Notes: generated from the sequence alone by a model not told the origin. Shown: positions 13,140 to 24,851, counted from the stretch's first letter. The stretch: DNA of 64,000 bases from Alphaproteobacteria bacterium (GCA_965232515.1 CBDDPY010000002.1:2592001-2656000), one strand, 5' to 3'. Program-made: numbers and translations.

Positions 13140-14336
13140 ATGGCCAAGTTCGCGACACTCGACGATCTCGACGTCGCGGGTAAGCGTGTCCTGCTGCGGC
13201 TCGATCTAAACGTGCCCATGAAAGGCGGCGAGGTGACGGACGCGACGCGGATCGAGCGCGCCGTGCCGACCGTCACCGAACTTGCCGACAGGGGCGCGCG
13301 GGTCGTGATCATGTCGCATTTCGGCCGGCCGAAGGGAAAGGCAGTGCCGGAGATGTCGCTCGGTGCCGTCGTCGCGCCGCTCAGCGCCGCGCTCGGCCAG
13401 CGTCTGGTGTCCTTCGCCGTCGATTGCGTGGGCGAGAAGGCCGCGGCCGTGGTCGACGGTCTGGCCGACGGCGAGATCGCCGTGCTGGAAAATCTTCGGT
13501 TCCATCCTGGCGAGGAAGCGAACGACGAGACCTTCGCCGGCCAGTTGGCCGCGCTTGGCGATTTCTATGTTAACGACGCCTTCTCGGCCGCGCACCGGGC
13601 GCACGCCTCGACGGAAGGCATCGCCAGGCTGTTGCCGGCCGCCGCGGGGCGGGCCATGGAAGCCGAGCTCGACGCGCTCGAGCGCGCATTGGCGACGCCG
13701 GAACGGCCGGTGGCGGCGCTGGTTGGCGGCGCCAAGGTGTCGACCAAGCTCGCCGTCCTCAATCACCTGATCGACAAGGTCGATTGCCTGATCATCGGCG
13801 GCGGCATGGCGAATACGTTCCTGCACGCCGAAGGCGTCGAGGTCGGCCGCTCGCTGTGCGAGCATGACATGGCCGAGATGGCTCGCGAGATCGTCGACGC
13901 GGCCGAGCAGTCGGGCTGCGAGATCATGCTGCCGCGAGACGTGGTGCTGGCGCACGAGTTGAAGCCGAACGCCGACACGTCGACGGTCGTCACCGAGCAT
14001 GTGGCCGAGGATATGATGATCCTGGATGTCGGGCCGCGCGCCGTCGCCGATCTGATCGAACGGCTGCGCGGCTGCCGGACGCTGATCTGGAACGGGCCGC
14101 TCGGCGCCTTCGAGACCGCCCCGTTCGATCAGGGCACCAACGAAGTGGCGCGGGCCGCGGCCGAGCTGACCAAATCCGGCAGCCTGGTTTCGGTGGCCGG
14201 CGGCGGCGATACCGTGGCGGCGCTGAACAATGCCGGCGTGACCCGGGACTTCAGCTATGTCTCGACCGCCGGCGGCGCGTTCCTGGAATGGCTGGAAGGC
14301 CGGCCGCTGCCAGGCGTGGTTGCGCTCTATCAATGA
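13140..14336 (+). CDS. pgk: phosphoglycerate kinase
   Basis: [37 protein letters not shown]. Confidence 0.98.
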   Translation: MAKFATLDDLDVAGKRVLLRLDLNVPMKGGEVTDATRIERAVPTVTELADRGARVVIMSHFGRPKGKAVPEMSLGAVVAPLSAALGQRLVSFAVDCVGEKAAAVVDGLADGEIAVLENLRFHPGEEANDETFAGQLAALGDFYVNDAFSAAHRAHASTEGIARLLPAAAGRAMEAELDALERALATPERPVAALVGGAKVSTKLAVLNHLIDKVDCLIIGGGMANTFLHAEGVEVGRSLCEHDMAEMAREIVDAAEQSGCEIMLPRDVVLAHELKPNADTSTVVTEHVAEDMMILDVGPRAVADLIERLRGCRTLIWNGPLGAFETAPFDQGTNEVARAAAELTKSGSLVSVAGGGDTVAALNNAGVTRDFSYVSTAGGAFLEWLEGRPLPGVVALYQ

Positions 14337-14340
14337 CCGG

Positions 14341-14754
14341 ATGACTGGGGTCGCTGTAATCTTTCACAATGTGTCCCAGTTATCCGCCGCCCTTGCCGTC
14401 GCCGAACAGACCGGTAAGCCGATAATGCTGCTGACGCCACCCGGCGGGGCCAGCTATGCCGGGCCTGGTTTCTATCGACGCCTGCTGGACCAGGCTTCGT
14501 CGGCGTATCGGCACGCGCAATTCCACTGCTTGCTGGACTGCGGCACGGATGCCGCGCTGGCGTTGCAGGCCTTGCGAGACGGCTGGACTGAGATCGTGTT
14601 CTGCGGTCCGGCGGAAGTGCGCGAGAAGGTCGAAAGCGCTGCCGGAACGATGGAGGCCCGTGTTCACGCGGCGGCGCCGGCCGCCGTCGATCTGCTGGTC
14701 TCGGCCGATATCGACGCCGCCTGCCGTGCGGCGTTGACCGGGGACCAAGTGTGA
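14341..14754 (+). CDS. hypothetical protein (partial aldolase-like alpha/beta fold possible)
   Basis: In operon 4 nt after the pgk stop; LLTPPGGASYAG and LDCG motifs. Confidence 0.6.
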   Translation: MTGVAVIFHNVSQLSAALAVAEQTGKPIMLLTPPGGASYAGPGFYRRLLDQASSAYRHAQFHCLLDCGTDAALALQALRDGWTEIVFCGPAEVREKVESAAGTMEARVHAAAPAAVDLLVSADIDAACRAALTGDQV

Positions 14755-14835
14755 TTGCCAACACTGCGATAGCTGCGGTATTCACGGCAGAAATCGCCGA
14801 CCAAAACTGACAACGACAGACAAGGGGCCGTCGAT

Positions 14836-15765
14836 ATGAAGCTGACGCGGAAAGTCCGCCAGATCCTGGACAACTACGAGAGCGATACGCCGGGCACCAA
14901 GGCCAACCTGGCCCGCATCCTGATGCACGGCAAGCTGGGGGGCACCGGCAAGATGGTGATCCTGCCGGTGGACCAGGGTTTCGAGCATGGCCCGCACCGC
15001 AGCTTCATCCCCAATCCGCCGGCCTTCGATCCGCAGTATCACTTCCAGCTCGCCGTCGACGCCGGCCTGAACGCCTTCGCGACGCCGCTCGGCATGGTGG
15101 AGGCTGGCGCCAGCACCTTCGCGGGGCAGATCCCGCTGATCCTGAAGGTGAACAGCGCCAATTCGCTCTATCCCGGCGAGGAGCCCAAGGACCAGGCGAC
15201 CACGGCATCGGTCAAGGACGCGCTGCGGCTCGGCTGCTCGGCCATCGGCTTCACCATCTATCCCGGCAGCGAAGCCTCCTACGACATGATGGAGGAGATC
15301 CGGGAGATGGCCGAGGAGGCCAAATCCGTCGGCCTCGCCGTGGTCGTGTGGTCGTATCCGCGCGGCGGCGACGTCACCAAGGACGGCGAGACGGCCATGG
15401 ACGTGGCCGCCTATGCCGCACACATGGCGGCGCTGCTGGGCGCGCATATCATCAAGGTGAAGCTGCCGAGCGACCATCTGATGCAAGGCGAGGCCAAGAA
15501 GGTCTACGACCTCTACGGTGTCGATTTGGCGACCCAGGCGGCGCGGGTGCGCCAGGTCATGCAGGCTGCCTTCGACAGCCGCCGCATCGTCGTCTTCTCC
15601 GGCGGCGCCAAGAAGGGCGAGGACCAGGTCTACGACGACGCCCGGGCGATCCGCGACGGAGGCGGCAACGGCTCGATCATCGGCCGCAACACCTTCCAGC
15701 GGCCGCGCGAGGAAGCCATCGCCATGCTGAACAAGATCATCCGGATCTATCAGGGCAAAGAGTAG
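14836..15765 (+). CDS. fbaB: class I fructose-bisphosphate aldolase (DhnA/FbaB type)
   Basis: [34 protein letters not shown]. Confidence 0.93.
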   Translation: MKLTRKVRQILDNYESDTPGTKANLARILMHGKLGGTGKMVILPVDQGFEHGPHRSFIPNPPAFDPQYHFQLAVDAGLNAFATPLGMVEAGASTFAGQIPLILKVNSANSLYPGEEPKDQATTASVKDALRLGCSAIGFTIYPGSEASYDMMEEIREMAEEAKSVGLAVVVWSYPRGGDVTKDGETAMDVAAYAAHMAALLGAHIIKVKLPSDHLMQGEAKKVYDLYGVDLATQAARVRQVMQAAFDSRRIVVFSGGAKKGEDQVYDDARAIRDGGGNGSIIGRNTFQRPREEAIAMLNKIIRIYQGKE

Positions 15766-15769
15766 GCGC

Positions 15770-16423
15770 TTGGCCGAACCGCGGGACCGCTGCCGGCTCT
15801 ATCCGATCACGCCGCCGGCCATCGATCCGGCCTCATTTGGCAACGATCTGGCGGCCGCGCTCGACGCCGGCGATGTCGCTTGCCTGCAGCTCAGGCTGAA
15901 GGATGTGGATGACGACACGGTGCGCCGGGCGACCGAGGTGCTGATGCCGGTCGCGCATGCGCGCGACGTCGCTTTTCTGATCAACGACCGGCCGGATCTC
16001 GCAGCCGAGATGGGGGCCGACGGCTGCCATGTCGGCCAGGAGGATACGGCCTACGCCGAGGCCCGGCGCCTGGTCGGCGACGACGCCATCGTCGGCGTGA
16101 CCTGCCACAACTCCCGCCATCTGGCGATGGAAGCGGGCGAAGCCGGCGCCGACTACGTGGCGTTCGGGGCCTTCTTCGCGACGGGCACCAAGCAGCCCAA
16201 AACCGTCGCGACCACCGAGATCCTCGACTGGTGGTCCGAGCTGTTTGAGATCCCATGCGTCGCCATCGGCGGCATCACGGTCGAGAACTGCGCGCCTCTG
16301 GTCGCCGGCGGCGCCGACTTTCTGGCCGTCGTCGGCGGGATCTGGAACCATCCCGACGGCCCGGCCGCTGCGGTCAAAGCCTTCAATGCCGAGATTGCGC
16401 GCGCCGCCAAAGCTGGCGGCTAA
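15770..16423 (+). CDS. thiE: thiamine-phosphate synthase
   Basis: [33 protein letters not shown]. Confidence 0.92.
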   Translation: MAEPRDRCRLYPITPPAIDPASFGNDLAAALDAGDVACLQLRLKDVDDDTVRRATEVLMPVAHARDVAFLINDRPDLAAEMGADGCHVGQEDTAYAEARRLVGDDAIVGVTCHNSRHLAMEAGEAGADYVAFGAFFATGTKQPKTVATTEILDWWSELFEIPCVAIGGITVENCAPLVAGGADFLAVVGGIWNHPDGPAAAVKAFNAEIARAAKAGG

Positions 16424-16623
16424 TCGACGGGTTGTCGTAAGACCGACAGCGGCTGTCGGTTTACCTCGGGCGTCGTATAGCAGTCGACGTCGGCCAGCGT
16501 ACGGTAGCAATAGCCGGTGACGGCTGCCTTGGCGCCGTCACCCTCACAGTCCGGGCAGACTGCGCAGCCAGCCAGCAGGACGGCGCCAAGCACCGCCGCC
16601 GCAACCGTCGTCAAAGACGGCAT
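16420..16623 (-). CDS. small Cys-rich lipoprotein
   Basis: Signal peptide with LAGC lipobox; CPDC and [12 protein letters not shown]. Confidence 0.6.
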   Translation of the reverse strand: MPSLTTVAAAVLGAVLLAGCAVCPDCEGDGAKAAVTGYCYRTLADVDCYTTPEVNRQPLSVLRQPVD

Positions 16624-16643
16624 CAAGATCGTCCTGATGCCGC

Positions 16644-16991
16644 TTATTTCGCCGCCGTGACCATGATCTCGACAACAAATTGCGGCGCCGCGAGCTTGCT
16701 CTCGACACAGGCCCGGCACGGTGGGTTCTCGGGATCGATCCAGGCGTCCCAGACCGAATTCATGTCGGCGAAGGTGCCGATATCCGAGAGCCAGATCTGC
16801 GCCGACAACAGCTTCGACTTATTACTGCCACATTCGGCCAGCAGGCTGTCGATCCGGTCGAGGATCTGCTGGGTCTGGCCCTTGACGTCGGCCGACGGGT
16901 CCGAGGCGACCTGACCGGCGAGAAATACGAGATTGCCGTATTCGACAGCCTGGCTCATGCGTGGACCGACGTCATGGCGGGTGATGGTCAT
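16644..16991 (-). CDS. RidA family protein (YoaB-like)
   Basis: RMSQAV, LAGQV, MNSVWDAW, PCRACVE; C-terminal part of the longer ORF. Confidence 0.9.
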   Translation of the reverse strand: MTITRHDVGPRMSQAVEYGNLVFLAGQVASDPSADVKGQTQQILDRIDSLLAECGSNKSKLLSAQIWLSDIGTFADMNSVWDAWIDPENPPCRACVESKLAAPQFVVEIMVTAAK

Positions 16992-17156
16992 GTCACGACT
17001 CCCTGAATTTTGGATGATGTCTTGGCCGGCATTATCCACGAATTCCCGGCCTTCGCCAGCCGCGCGATTTGCCACGGCTTCAGCGTTGCGCCGAGGCAGG
17101 CGAGTTGATAGCTTCCGCGGCGCGTTAACGCGGCTCAATTCCAACGAGATCATGCC

Positions 17157-17723
17157 ATGCGAATCAACGGCAACGCCATCCGTCCGGGCAACGTCATCGA
17201 GCATAATGGCGAACTCTGGCGGGCCATGAAGATCCAGCACACCCAGCCGGGCAAGGGCGGCGCCTATATGCAGGTCGAACTGCGGAATCTGCGCAACGGC
17301 AGCAAGCTGAATGAGCGGTTCCGCGCCTCTGAGAGCGTCGAGCGCGTGCGGCTCGACCAGAAGGAGCACCAGTTCCTGTTCGGCGACGGCGACAGTTTCA
17401 CCTTCATGGATTCCGAGACCTACGAGCAGGTCGAGTTGAACAAGGATCTGCTGGGCGATCAGGCCGCTTATCTGCAGGACGGCATGACCGTGATCATCGA
17501 AAGCCATGAAGGCAGCCCGCTGGGACTTAGCCTGCCGGAGCATGCGACGTTCGCCGTCACCGAGACCGAGCCCGCCGTCAAGGGCCAGACGGCCGCCGCG
17601 TCCTACAAGCCGGCCATGCTGGAAAACGGCCTCCGGACAACCGTGCCGCCCTTCGTCAACATTGGCGACCGCGTCGTTATCAGCACCGAGGACGGCAGTT
17701 ACGTGAAGCGGGCCGACGCCTGA
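17157..17723 (+). CDS. efp: elongation factor P
   Basis: QPGKGGA, KGQTA...YKPA, VPPFV. Confidence 0.97.
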   Translation: MRINGNAIRPGNVIEHNGELWRAMKIQHTQPGKGGAYMQVELRNLRNGSKLNERFRASESVERVRLDQKEHQFLFGDGDSFTFMDSETYEQVELNKDLLGDQAAYLQDGMTVIIESHEGSPLGLSLPEHATFAVTETEPAVKGQTAAASYKPAMLENGLRTTVPPFVNIGDRVVISTEDGSYVKRADA

Positions 17724-17747
17724 CGGCTGGAGAATTGGATTTCTGCA

Positions 17748-18581
17748 ATGGCCCTTAAGTCACCGCTGATCAACGTCATGACCGGCGCCGCGTTGAAAGC
17801 CGGACGGGCGCTGGTGCGTGATTTCGGCGAGGTCGAAAATCTTCAGGTCTCGCGCAAGGGACCGGCCGATTTTGTCTCTGTGGCCGACGTCAAGGCCGAA
17901 AACATCCTGCGGCGGGAGCTGTCCCGGGCCCGTCCCGGATTCGGGTTCCTGATGGAGGAATCGGGCGCCGTCGACGGTGACGATCCAAGTCATCGCTGGA
18001 TCGTCGACCCGCTGGACGGCACCACCAACTTCCTGCACGGCATTCCGCATTTTGCCGTTTCGGTCGGTCTCGAGCGGGATGGCGTGATCGTCGCCGGCGT
18101 GATCTATAACCCCATCAGCGACGAGATCTATTGGGCCGAGAAGGGCCAGGGGGCGTTTCTGAATGACCGGCGGCTGCGCGTGTCGGCCCGCGAAAATCTG
18201 AGCGATGCGGTGCTTGCCACCGGTATTCCGCATCTCGGTCGCGGCGATCGCGCCGGTTTCCTCTCCGTATTGGACGAGGTGATGACGAAAGTGGCCGGCG
18301 TACGGCGATTCGGCTGCGCGTCGCTCGACCTCGCCTACGTGGCGGCCGGACGCTGCGACGGGTTCTGGGAAGCGGACCTCGACGCCTGGGATGTCGCCGC
18401 CGGCGCGATCCTTGTTCGCGAGGCCGGCGGCTACGTTACGAATTATAAAGGTGGTGACGCGATTTTTGCTGACCGGGAAATAATCGCGGGAAATGACCGC
18501 ATGCACGAGAGCCTGCGCAAGCTGCTGTCACAAAGACCGATCGACAATGAGGTCGCCGATGTTCACGCGGCTGGCACCTAG
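17748..18581 (+). CDS. suhB: inositol monophosphatase family protein
   Basis: WIVDPLDGTTNFLHG, WDVAAG. Confidence 0.93.
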   Translation: MALKSPLINVMTGAALKAGRALVRDFGEVENLQVSRKGPADFVSVADVKAENILRRELSRARPGFGFLMEESGAVDGDDPSHRWIVDPLDGTTNFLHGIPHFAVSVGLERDGVIVAGVIYNPISDEIYWAEKGQGAFLNDRRLRVSARENLSDAVLATGIPHLGRGDRAGFLSVLDEVMTKVAGVRRFGCASLDLAYVAAGRCDGFWEADLDAWDVAAGAILVREAGGYVTNYKGGDAIFADREIIAGNDRMHESLRKLLSQRPIDNEVADVHAAGT

Positions 18582-20091
18582 ATTACGCGCCGCCGGCGGC
18601 CGTCCAGCCGCGACGCGTTGCCCGATGTATCGCATTGAGATATCGTTTGCGCCGGATTCGAAGCGGTCGCTGAAGGCCGCCGAAGGCTCGGGGGAAGGTT
18701 CTCTGGGGTATCGCATGCGCGGCGCCTTTCGCCTCAATGGCCATCGGGCCATCAAATCCTGCCGCTTGACCATGGCTGCCGCAGCTTCCGTCGGCATCTG
18801 GCTGTCGACGACGGTCATGGCGCAGAACACCTATACCGTCGGCGCCGGCGGGCGGCCTAGTGTCGAAATCGATCTCGGCGTCGTCGACGCACCGGCCGGC
18901 CAGCGGCCAATCACGGTCGCGCCGGGTCTGGCGCCCATCGGGTCGCTGCCGCAGCAGCAGTTGCTGTATCCGAATGAGCGGAGCGCCGGTCGGATCACCC
19001 TGACGCCGCCAGGCAGCCGCAACGCCCCGACCTTGCGTCGGCCGCCGCAACGCAGCGCGCCAGCCATGGCCGCGGTGCCGCGGACGCCGGTGTTGTCCGC
19101 GCCGATCCCGGCATCGAAGCCGCAGGCGGTTGCGGCGGCGCCGGCCCCGACGCCACCGCCCGCCCTCAGAGCCCCGGCGCCGGTTCGCACCGCGGCGCCA
19201 GCGGCAGCCGCCCCTTCGGCGCCGCCGCCACGGGCTGACGCGGACACGACCGCCGCATTGAGATCGACCGCCCCACGCATCGACACCACCCGGCAGTCGC
19301 CGCCGCCATCGGCGCCGAAAGTGGCCTCGAAGGCGCCGGTCGCGCCGTCGCCGACCGCCGCTTTTCCGCCGCCGCCCGCGCCGTTGAGCAAACCACCGGC
19401 GACGTCGGCGAGACCGCTGCCTGCCGCGCCGCAACCGAAACCGCCACCGGCGGCCGAAGCAGCGCCACCGACACAGATCGCCGCGGCGCCGCCACCGGCA
19501 GCGGCGCTTCCGCGGCCGCCGGCGACGTCGGCTGCACCGTCAACGACGACGCCGGTTGTCGCCGCACCGCCACCTCCACCACCGCCGCCCCTGCCGGCCG
19601 TCAGCACGTCGAGTCCCGCGCCGGCCAATCAGGACGACGTCCCCAGCGTGCCCAGGGGCCAGGTCACGGCCGCGCCGCTGACGGCCGCCGAACCCGCACC
19701 GACGGCGGCGACGGCGCCCACTCCGGCCAGGGACAGCACCCCGACCGAGGCCACGCGGATGGTCGCGCTGCCGCCGGCCGGCGGCGATATCCTGCAAGTC
19801 GAGTTCGCGCAGGGAAGCTCGGCATTGTCCCGCGACATCGAATCGAAGCTGGGCGCGCTCGCGGCGCAGCTGAAGGCCACCGACGCCCGGCTGCAACTCA
19901 AGGCCTTCGCCAGCACGAACGGCGACAACATCAGCCGGGCCCGTCGCCTGTCGCTGTCGCGGGCGCTCGCCGTGCGGTCGTTCCTGATCGAGCAAGGTCT
20001 GCGCAGCACCCGGATCGATGTCCGCGCCCTGGGCATCGCCCGTGACGGCGGCGCGAGCGACCGCGTCGACGTCGTGCTGCTGTCCCCCTAG
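18493..20091 (+). CDS. Pro/Ala-rich exported protein with C-terminal OmpA-like domain (true start probably ~18715-18772)
   Basis: Long Pro-rich linker; C-terminal ARRLSLSRALAVRSFLIEQG...RIDVRALG...DRVDV. Confidence 0.8.
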   Translation: MTACTRACASCCHKDRSTMRSPMFTRLAPRLRAAGGRPAATRCPMYRIEISFAPDSKRSLKAAEGSGEGSLGYRMRGAFRLNGHRAIKSCRLTMAAAASVGIWLSTTVMAQNTYTVGAGGRPSVEIDLGVVDAPAGQRPITVAPGLAPIGSLPQQQLLYPNERSAGRITLTPPGSRNAPTLRRPPQRSAPAMAAVPRTPVLSAPIPASKPQAVAAAPAPTPPPALRAPAPVRTAAPAAAAPSAPPPRADADTTAALRSTAPRIDTTRQSPPPSAPKVASKAPVAPSPTAAFPPPPAPLSKPPATSARPLPAAPQPKPPPAAEAAPPTQIAAAPPPAAALPRPPATSAAPSTTTPVVAAPPPPPPPPLPAVSTSSPAPANQDDVPSVPRGQVTAAPLTAAEPAPTAATAPTPARDSTPTEATRMVALPPAGGDILQVEFAQGSSALSRDIESKLGALAAQLKATDARLQLKAFASTNGDNISRARRLSLSRALAVRSFLIEQGLRSTRIDVRALGIARDGGASDRVDVVLLSP

Positions 20092-20142
20092 CGGCGGCGG
20101 CACCGCAGCACATCTCCGCAAATACATTGGCGAGGTGACTCC

Positions 20143-21282
20143 TTGACGAAACCGACCCGCTACCTGACGCGCATGATCATCTTTATCATCGCCGTGGTGG
20201 CGGTATCCGGCGTCCTCTTCGGTCCGATCGCGCGCGCCTTCCAGGCCAACCCGCCACTCAACGGAATGATCATCGCGGTGCTGCTGTTCGGCGTCGTCTA
20301 TGCATTCCGGCAGGTCGCAAATCTAAGGCCGGAGGTCGAATGGATCGAGACCTTCCGCCGCTCGGAACCCGGCCTGTCGATCACCGCCGCGCCGGTTCTG
20401 CTGGCGCCCATGGCAACCATGCTGGGCGAGCGTCAGGGCCGGGTCTCGTTGTCCGCGCTGTCGATGCGCTCACTGCTCGACAGCATCGGCGCGCGCCTCG
20501 ACGAACGCCGCGACATCGTCCGCTATCTCACCGGCCTGCTGGTCTTCCTCGGGCTGCTGGGCACGTTCTGGGGCCTGCTGAACACCGTCAACGCGGTCGG
20601 TGACACGATCGGCAACCTGTCGCCCGCGGTTGGCGATTTCGGCACCTTCTTCAGCGAGCTGCAGACCGGCCTGGAGTCGCCGTTAAGCGGCATGGGCATC
20701 GCCTTCTCGTCCTCGCTTTTCGGCCTCTCGGGCAGCCTGGTTCTGGGTTTCCTCGAATTGCAGGCGAGCCAGGCGCAGAACCGCTTCTATCTCGATCTCG
20801 AGGAATGGCTGTCGACGCGCACGCGCCTGTCCAGCGGTTCGAGCCTGGCGGAAGGCGATCAGTCCGTGCCGGTCTATGTGCAGGCGCTCCTCGAACAGAC
20901 CGCCGACAGCCTGGAAAACCTGCAACGCACCATCGCGCGGGCCGAGGACAGCCGATCGTCGGGCCAGACGGCCATGCTGACGCTGTCGGAACGCCTCGCC
21001 ACGCTCACCGACCAGATGCACAGCGAGCAGGACCTGATGGCCAGGCTGGTCGAGCATCAGATGGAGATGAAGCCCGTGCTGCAGCGCATCGCGCAGGGCG
21101 CCGACCAGGCGTCGGCCGGGCTCGACGATGCCAGCCGCAATCACCTGCGCAACCTCGATGTCTATGTGATGCGCCTGCTCGAGGAGATGAGCGAGGGCCG
21201 CAACCAGACCATCGCCGAGCTGCGCAGCGAGATCAAACTGCTGGCCCGCACCATCGCCGCGCTCGGCGAAGAACGGCGTTGA
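20143..21282 (+). CDS. MotA/TolQ/ExbB-like membrane protein with long C-terminal helical tail
   Basis: LVFLGLLGTFWGL and GMGIAFSSSLFGL channel helices. Confidence 0.85.
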   Translation: MTKPTRYLTRMIIFIIAVVAVSGVLFGPIARAFQANPPLNGMIIAVLLFGVVYAFRQVANLRPEVEWIETFRRSEPGLSITAAPVLLAPMATMLGERQGRVSLSALSMRSLLDSIGARLDERRDIVRYLTGLLVFLGLLGTFWGLLNTVNAVGDTIGNLSPAVGDFGTFFSELQTGLESPLSGMGIAFSSSLFGLSGSLVLGFLELQASQAQNRFYLDLEEWLSTRTRLSSGSSLAEGDQSVPVYVQALLEQTADSLENLQRTIARAEDSRSSGQTAMLTLSERLATLTDQMHSEQDLMARLVEHQMEMKPVLQRIAQGADQASAGLDDASRNHLRNLDVYVMRLLEEMSEGRNQTIAELRSEIKLLARTIAALGEERR

Positions 21283-21309
21283 CGGCGCGGCCGTCATTGG
21301 CAGCCGGCC

Positions 21310-22644
21310 ATGCGTCCGCGATCGCGTAGCGAATCAGCCAGCTACTGGCCGGGTTTCGTCGATGCCCTGACCACGCTGCTGCTGGTCATCATCTTCCTGC
21401 TGGTCGTGTTCGTGCTGGCTCAGGTCGTGCTCAGCAGCGCCATTACCGGCAAGGACGAGGCGCTGGACCGCCTCAATCGGCAGGTCTCGGAACTCGCCGA
21501 CCTGCTGGCGCTGGAACGGCAGGACAACGCCAATCTGCGGCTCGACGTGGCGCAGCTGTCGAGCTCGCTGCAGACAGCCGTCTCCGAACGCGACGAATTG
21601 GTGTTGTCGTTGCAGCGCATGACCGACCGCGCGGGCGAACTGGAGCGCCGGGCCGAGGCGGCCGAAACGGCGCTCGCCGAGGCCGAGGCGACGGTTACCG
21701 CCAGCAAGGAGACGCTTGAGCTGCGCTTGCGCGAGATGGCGAGCCTGCGTCGCGACATCGCCGCGTTACGCGAGCTTCGCTCGGATCTCGAGAGCCGCAT
21801 CGGACAGCTCACCGGCAATCTCGAGGAGAGCCGCACCGAGGTTGGCTCGCTCCGAGACCGCACCAAGGAGCTCGAGGCGCAACTGGCCGACGCCGAGGAG
21901 CGGACGCTGCTGGCGCAGAAGGAAATCGCCGACCGCGACGTGCGCCTGTCCGAGTTGCTGGACCTCTATCAGCGCCTGGACGAGGACTATGCCGCCGAGC
22001 AGAAGCTGAGCGGCGAACAGCGGGCGCAGATCGGGCGGCTGAACCAGCAGATCCTGGCCCTGCGGCAGGAGCTGCAGAAGCTCAACGCGGCGCTCGACGC
22101 CGCCGAGCTGAAAGACCAGGAAAGCGAGGCCGTGATCGCCGATCTCGGCAAGCGCCTGAACCGGGCGCTCGCCGGCAAGGTCGAGGAACTGTCGCGCTAC
22201 CGCTCGGAATTCTTCGGCCGGCTGCGCGAGGTGCTGGGGAGCCGCCGCGACATTCAGATCGTTGGCGATCGCTTCGTGTTCCAGTCGGAAGTGCTGTTCG
22301 ACAGCGGCTCGGCCGAGCTGGAACCGGAAGGCCGGGCGCAACTGGCGCAACTCGCCGAGACGCTGTTGGAGATTTCCCAGCGTATCCCGGGCGAAATCAA
22401 CTGGATCCTGCGCGTCGACGGCCATACCGACAGCCGGCCGATCGCCACCGCCAGGTTCCCATCGAACTGGGAGCTCTCGGCCGCCCGGGCCATCTCGGTG
22501 ACGAAATTCCTGGTTGATCAGGGCGTGCCGTCGGAACGCCTGGCCGCGACCGGTTTCGCGGCCTTCCAGCCGCTCGACGACCGCTACGACGAAATCGCCT
22601 ACCGCCGCAACCGGCGCATCGAATTGAAGCTAACGCAACGTTAG
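21310..22644 (+). CDS. MotB/OmpA-like peptidoglycan-binding protein with long coiled coil
   Basis: YWPGFVDAL TM with conserved Asp; VDGHTD, NWELSAARA, NRRIE. Confidence 0.88.
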   Translation: MRPRSRSESASYWPGFVDALTTLLLVIIFLLVVFVLAQVVLSSAITGKDEALDRLNRQVSELADLLALERQDNANLRLDVAQLSSSLQTAVSERDELVLSLQRMTDRAGELERRAEAAETALAEAEATVTASKETLELRLREMASLRRDIAALRELRSDLESRIGQLTGNLEESRTEVGSLRDRTKELEAQLADAEERTLLAQKEIADRDVRLSELLDLYQRLDEDYAAEQKLSGEQRAQIGRLNQQILALRQELQKLNAALDAAELKDQESEAVIADLGKRLNRALAGKVEELSRYRSEFFGRLREVLGSRRDIQIVGDRFVFQSEVLFDSGSAELEPEGRAQLAQLAETLLEISQRIPGEINWILRVDGHTDSRPIATARFPSNWELSAARAISVTKFLVDQGVPSERLAATGFAAFQPLDDRYDEIAYRRNRRIELKLTQR

Positions 22645-22651
22645 AACGGAG

Positions 22652-24463
22652 TTAGTTGCCCGCGACAATGCGCGGTGTCGGGACCGCCTGGCCGGTCTCG
22701 AACTGCAGCGCCGCCAGGTGCGCGTAAAGCCCGTCGCGCTGGATCAGTTCCGCGTGCGTGCCGGTTTCGACGATGGCGCCCTGATCCATGACCACGATGC
22801 GGTCGGCCCGCAGCACCGTTGCCAGCCGGTGGGCGATGACGACGGTCGTGCGGTCCGCCATCAGCTTTTCCAGCGCCGCCTGCACCATGCGCTCGCTCTC
22901 GGCGTCGAGGGCGCTGGTCGCTTCGTCCAGCAACAGCACGGACGGATTGCGCAGGATCGCCCGCGCGATGGCGATGCGCTGACGCTGGCCGCCCGACAGC
23001 CGGACGCCGCGCTCGCCCAGGAACGTCTCGAACCCGTCCGGCAGCTCGTCGATAAAGGCGGCGGCGTTCGCCGCCACCGCCGCGGCCCTGACCTCGTCGT
23101 CGCTCGCCTCGGGCCGGCCGTAGCGGATGTTCTCGAAGGCGTTGGCGGCGAAGATCACCGGATCCTGCGGCACCAGGCCCAGCCGGCTGCGCAGCGCCTG
23201 CGGCTCGACGGCGGCGATGTCGACATCGTCCAGCAGGATTTGCCCGGACTGCGGATCGAAGAACCGAAGCAGCAGTTGGAAGATCGTGCTCTTGCCGGCG
23301 CCGGATGGCCCGACCAGCGCCACGGTCTCGCCGGGCGCGATCGTCAGATCGAAGTCGATGACGGCGGCCTGCTCCGGCCGCGAGGGATAGTTGAACCCGA
23401 CGGCCTCGAAGGTGACGGCCCCGCGCGCCGGCTCGGGCAGCGGCAACGGTTGCGCCGGCGCTGCGATTTCCGGCTCGATATCGAGCAACTGCATCAACCG
23501 CTCGGCGGCCCCGGCCGCGCGCTGCAGGTCGCCGAACACCTCGGACAGGGCGCCGAGCGCGCCGGCAACGACGATCGCATAGAACACGAAGGCCGCCAGC
23601 TCGCCGCCCGACATCACGCCCTCGACCACGTCCTTGGCGCCGATCCAGACCACCAGATCGACCGCGCCGAAGACCAGCAGCATGACCATGGCCGTCATCC
23701 AGGCCCGTGCCCGGGTGCGCTTAACCGCGGTGTCGAAGGCCGACGTCGTGACCTCGGCGAACCGCGCCCGGTCGATCGCCTCGTGCACGAAGGCCTGCAC
23801 GATCTGCACGGCGTTGAGACTTTCGCCGGCATGACTGCTGATATCGGCCACGCGGTCCTGGCTCGCCCGTGACAATCGCCGGACCTTGCGCCCGAAAATC
23901 ACGATCGGCAGGATCACGACCGGCAGCATCAGGAACACGAGGCCCGTCAGCTTCGGGCTGGAAATCACCAGCAACACCGAGCCGCCGAGAAACAGCAGCA
24001 GGTTGCGCATCGCCACCGAGGCGGTCGAGCCGACCACGGTCTGGATCAGGGTGGTGTCGGCGGTCAGCCGCGACAGCACCTCGCCGGTCCGCGTGGTCTC
24101 GAAGAAGGCGGGGCTGAGGCCGATGACATGGTCGTAAACGGCCTTGCGGATGTCGGCGACCACCCGCTCGCCCAGCCATGTCACCAGGTAGAAGCGCATA
24201 AACGTGGCGGCGGCAAGCACCGCGACCACGCCCAACAATCCGATGAAGTACTGGTCGATCAGATGAGCATCTTCGGCGAAGCCGTGGTCGACCACCCGGC
24301 GGATCGCCTGGCCGATGGCCAGCACCGCGCCGGCGGCGATGATCAGCGCCACCAGGGCGCCCAGCATGACGTGAATGTAGGGCCGCACGAACGGCCCCAG
24401 CCGCCGCAGCCCGGTCAGACGCCGATCGCCCGACGTGTCCTCAACTCCCGACTTGTCGCTCAC
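22652..24463 (-). CDS. ABC exporter, fused TM+ATPase (MsbA-like)
   Basis: [28 protein letters not shown]. Confidence 0.93.
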   Translation of the reverse strand: MSDKSGVEDTSGDRRLTGLRRLGPFVRPYIHVMLGALVALIIAAGAVLAIGQAIRRVVDHGFAEDAHLIDQYFIGLLGVVAVLAAATFMRFYLVTWLGERVVADIRKAVYDHVIGLSPAFFETTRTGEVLSRLTADTTLIQTVVGSTASVAMRNLLLFLGGSVLLVISSPKLTGLVFLMLPVVILPIVIFGRKVRRLSRASQDRVADISSHAGESLNAVQIVQAFVHEAIDRARFAEVTTSAFDTAVKRTRARAWMTAMVMLLVFGAVDLVVWIGAKDVVEGVMSGGELAAFVFYAIVVAGALGALSEVFGDLQRAAGAAERLMQLLDIEPEIAAPAQPLPLPEPARGAVTFEAVGFNYPSRPEQAAVIDFDLTIAPGETVALVGPSGAGKSTIFQLLLRFFDPQSGQILLDDVDIAAVEPQALRSRLGLVPQDPVIFAANAFENIRYGRPEASDDEVRAAAVAANAAAFIDELPDGFETFLGERGVRLSGGQRQRIAIARAILRNPSVLLLDEATSALDAESERMVQAALEKLMADRTTVVIAHRLATVLRADRIVVMDQGAIVETGTHAELIQRDGLYAHLAALQFETGQAVPTPRIVAGN

Positions 24464-24611
24464 CCGGCTTCCCGTCTCGTCCGTCGCATCCGTCCCGCCA
24501 GACCGCCCTTTGGGGGTATAGCAACAGGTGGGGGCCGGCTCAACGCAAAGGGTTCTTGCTACCGACCCGCCCGTTAGCTATATACGCGCGTCGAGATCCT
24601 GGAGTTCCGCG

Positions 24612-24833
24612 ATGAAGAAAGAAATCCACCCCGAATACCACGAAATCACCGTGGTCATGACGGACGGTACCGAGTTCAAGACCCGCTCGACCTATGGCAG
24701 CGCCGGGGATGTCCTGAAGCTGGATATCGATCCCAACACGCATCCGGCCTGGACCGGCGGCCCCCAGCGCGTGCTCGAAACCGGCCGCGTGGCGCGGTTC
24801 CGCAACAAGTTCAAGGATTTCAATCTGGGCTGA
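24612..24833 (+). CDS. rpmE: 50S ribosomal protein L31
   Basis: [10 protein letters not shown]...HPAWTG; lacks Zn-binding cysteines. Confidence 0.95.
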   Translation: MKKEIHPEYHEITVVMTDGTEFKTRSTYGSAGDVLKLDIDPNTHPAWTGGPQRVLETGRVARFRNKFKDFNLG

Positions 24834-24851
24834 GCGGCGGCGGCACCCACG

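Noticed and set aside
20143-22644. Zorya anti-phage system
   Set aside because: ZorAB-like architecture, but no ZorC/D/E genes, host-like composition and a core-genome context
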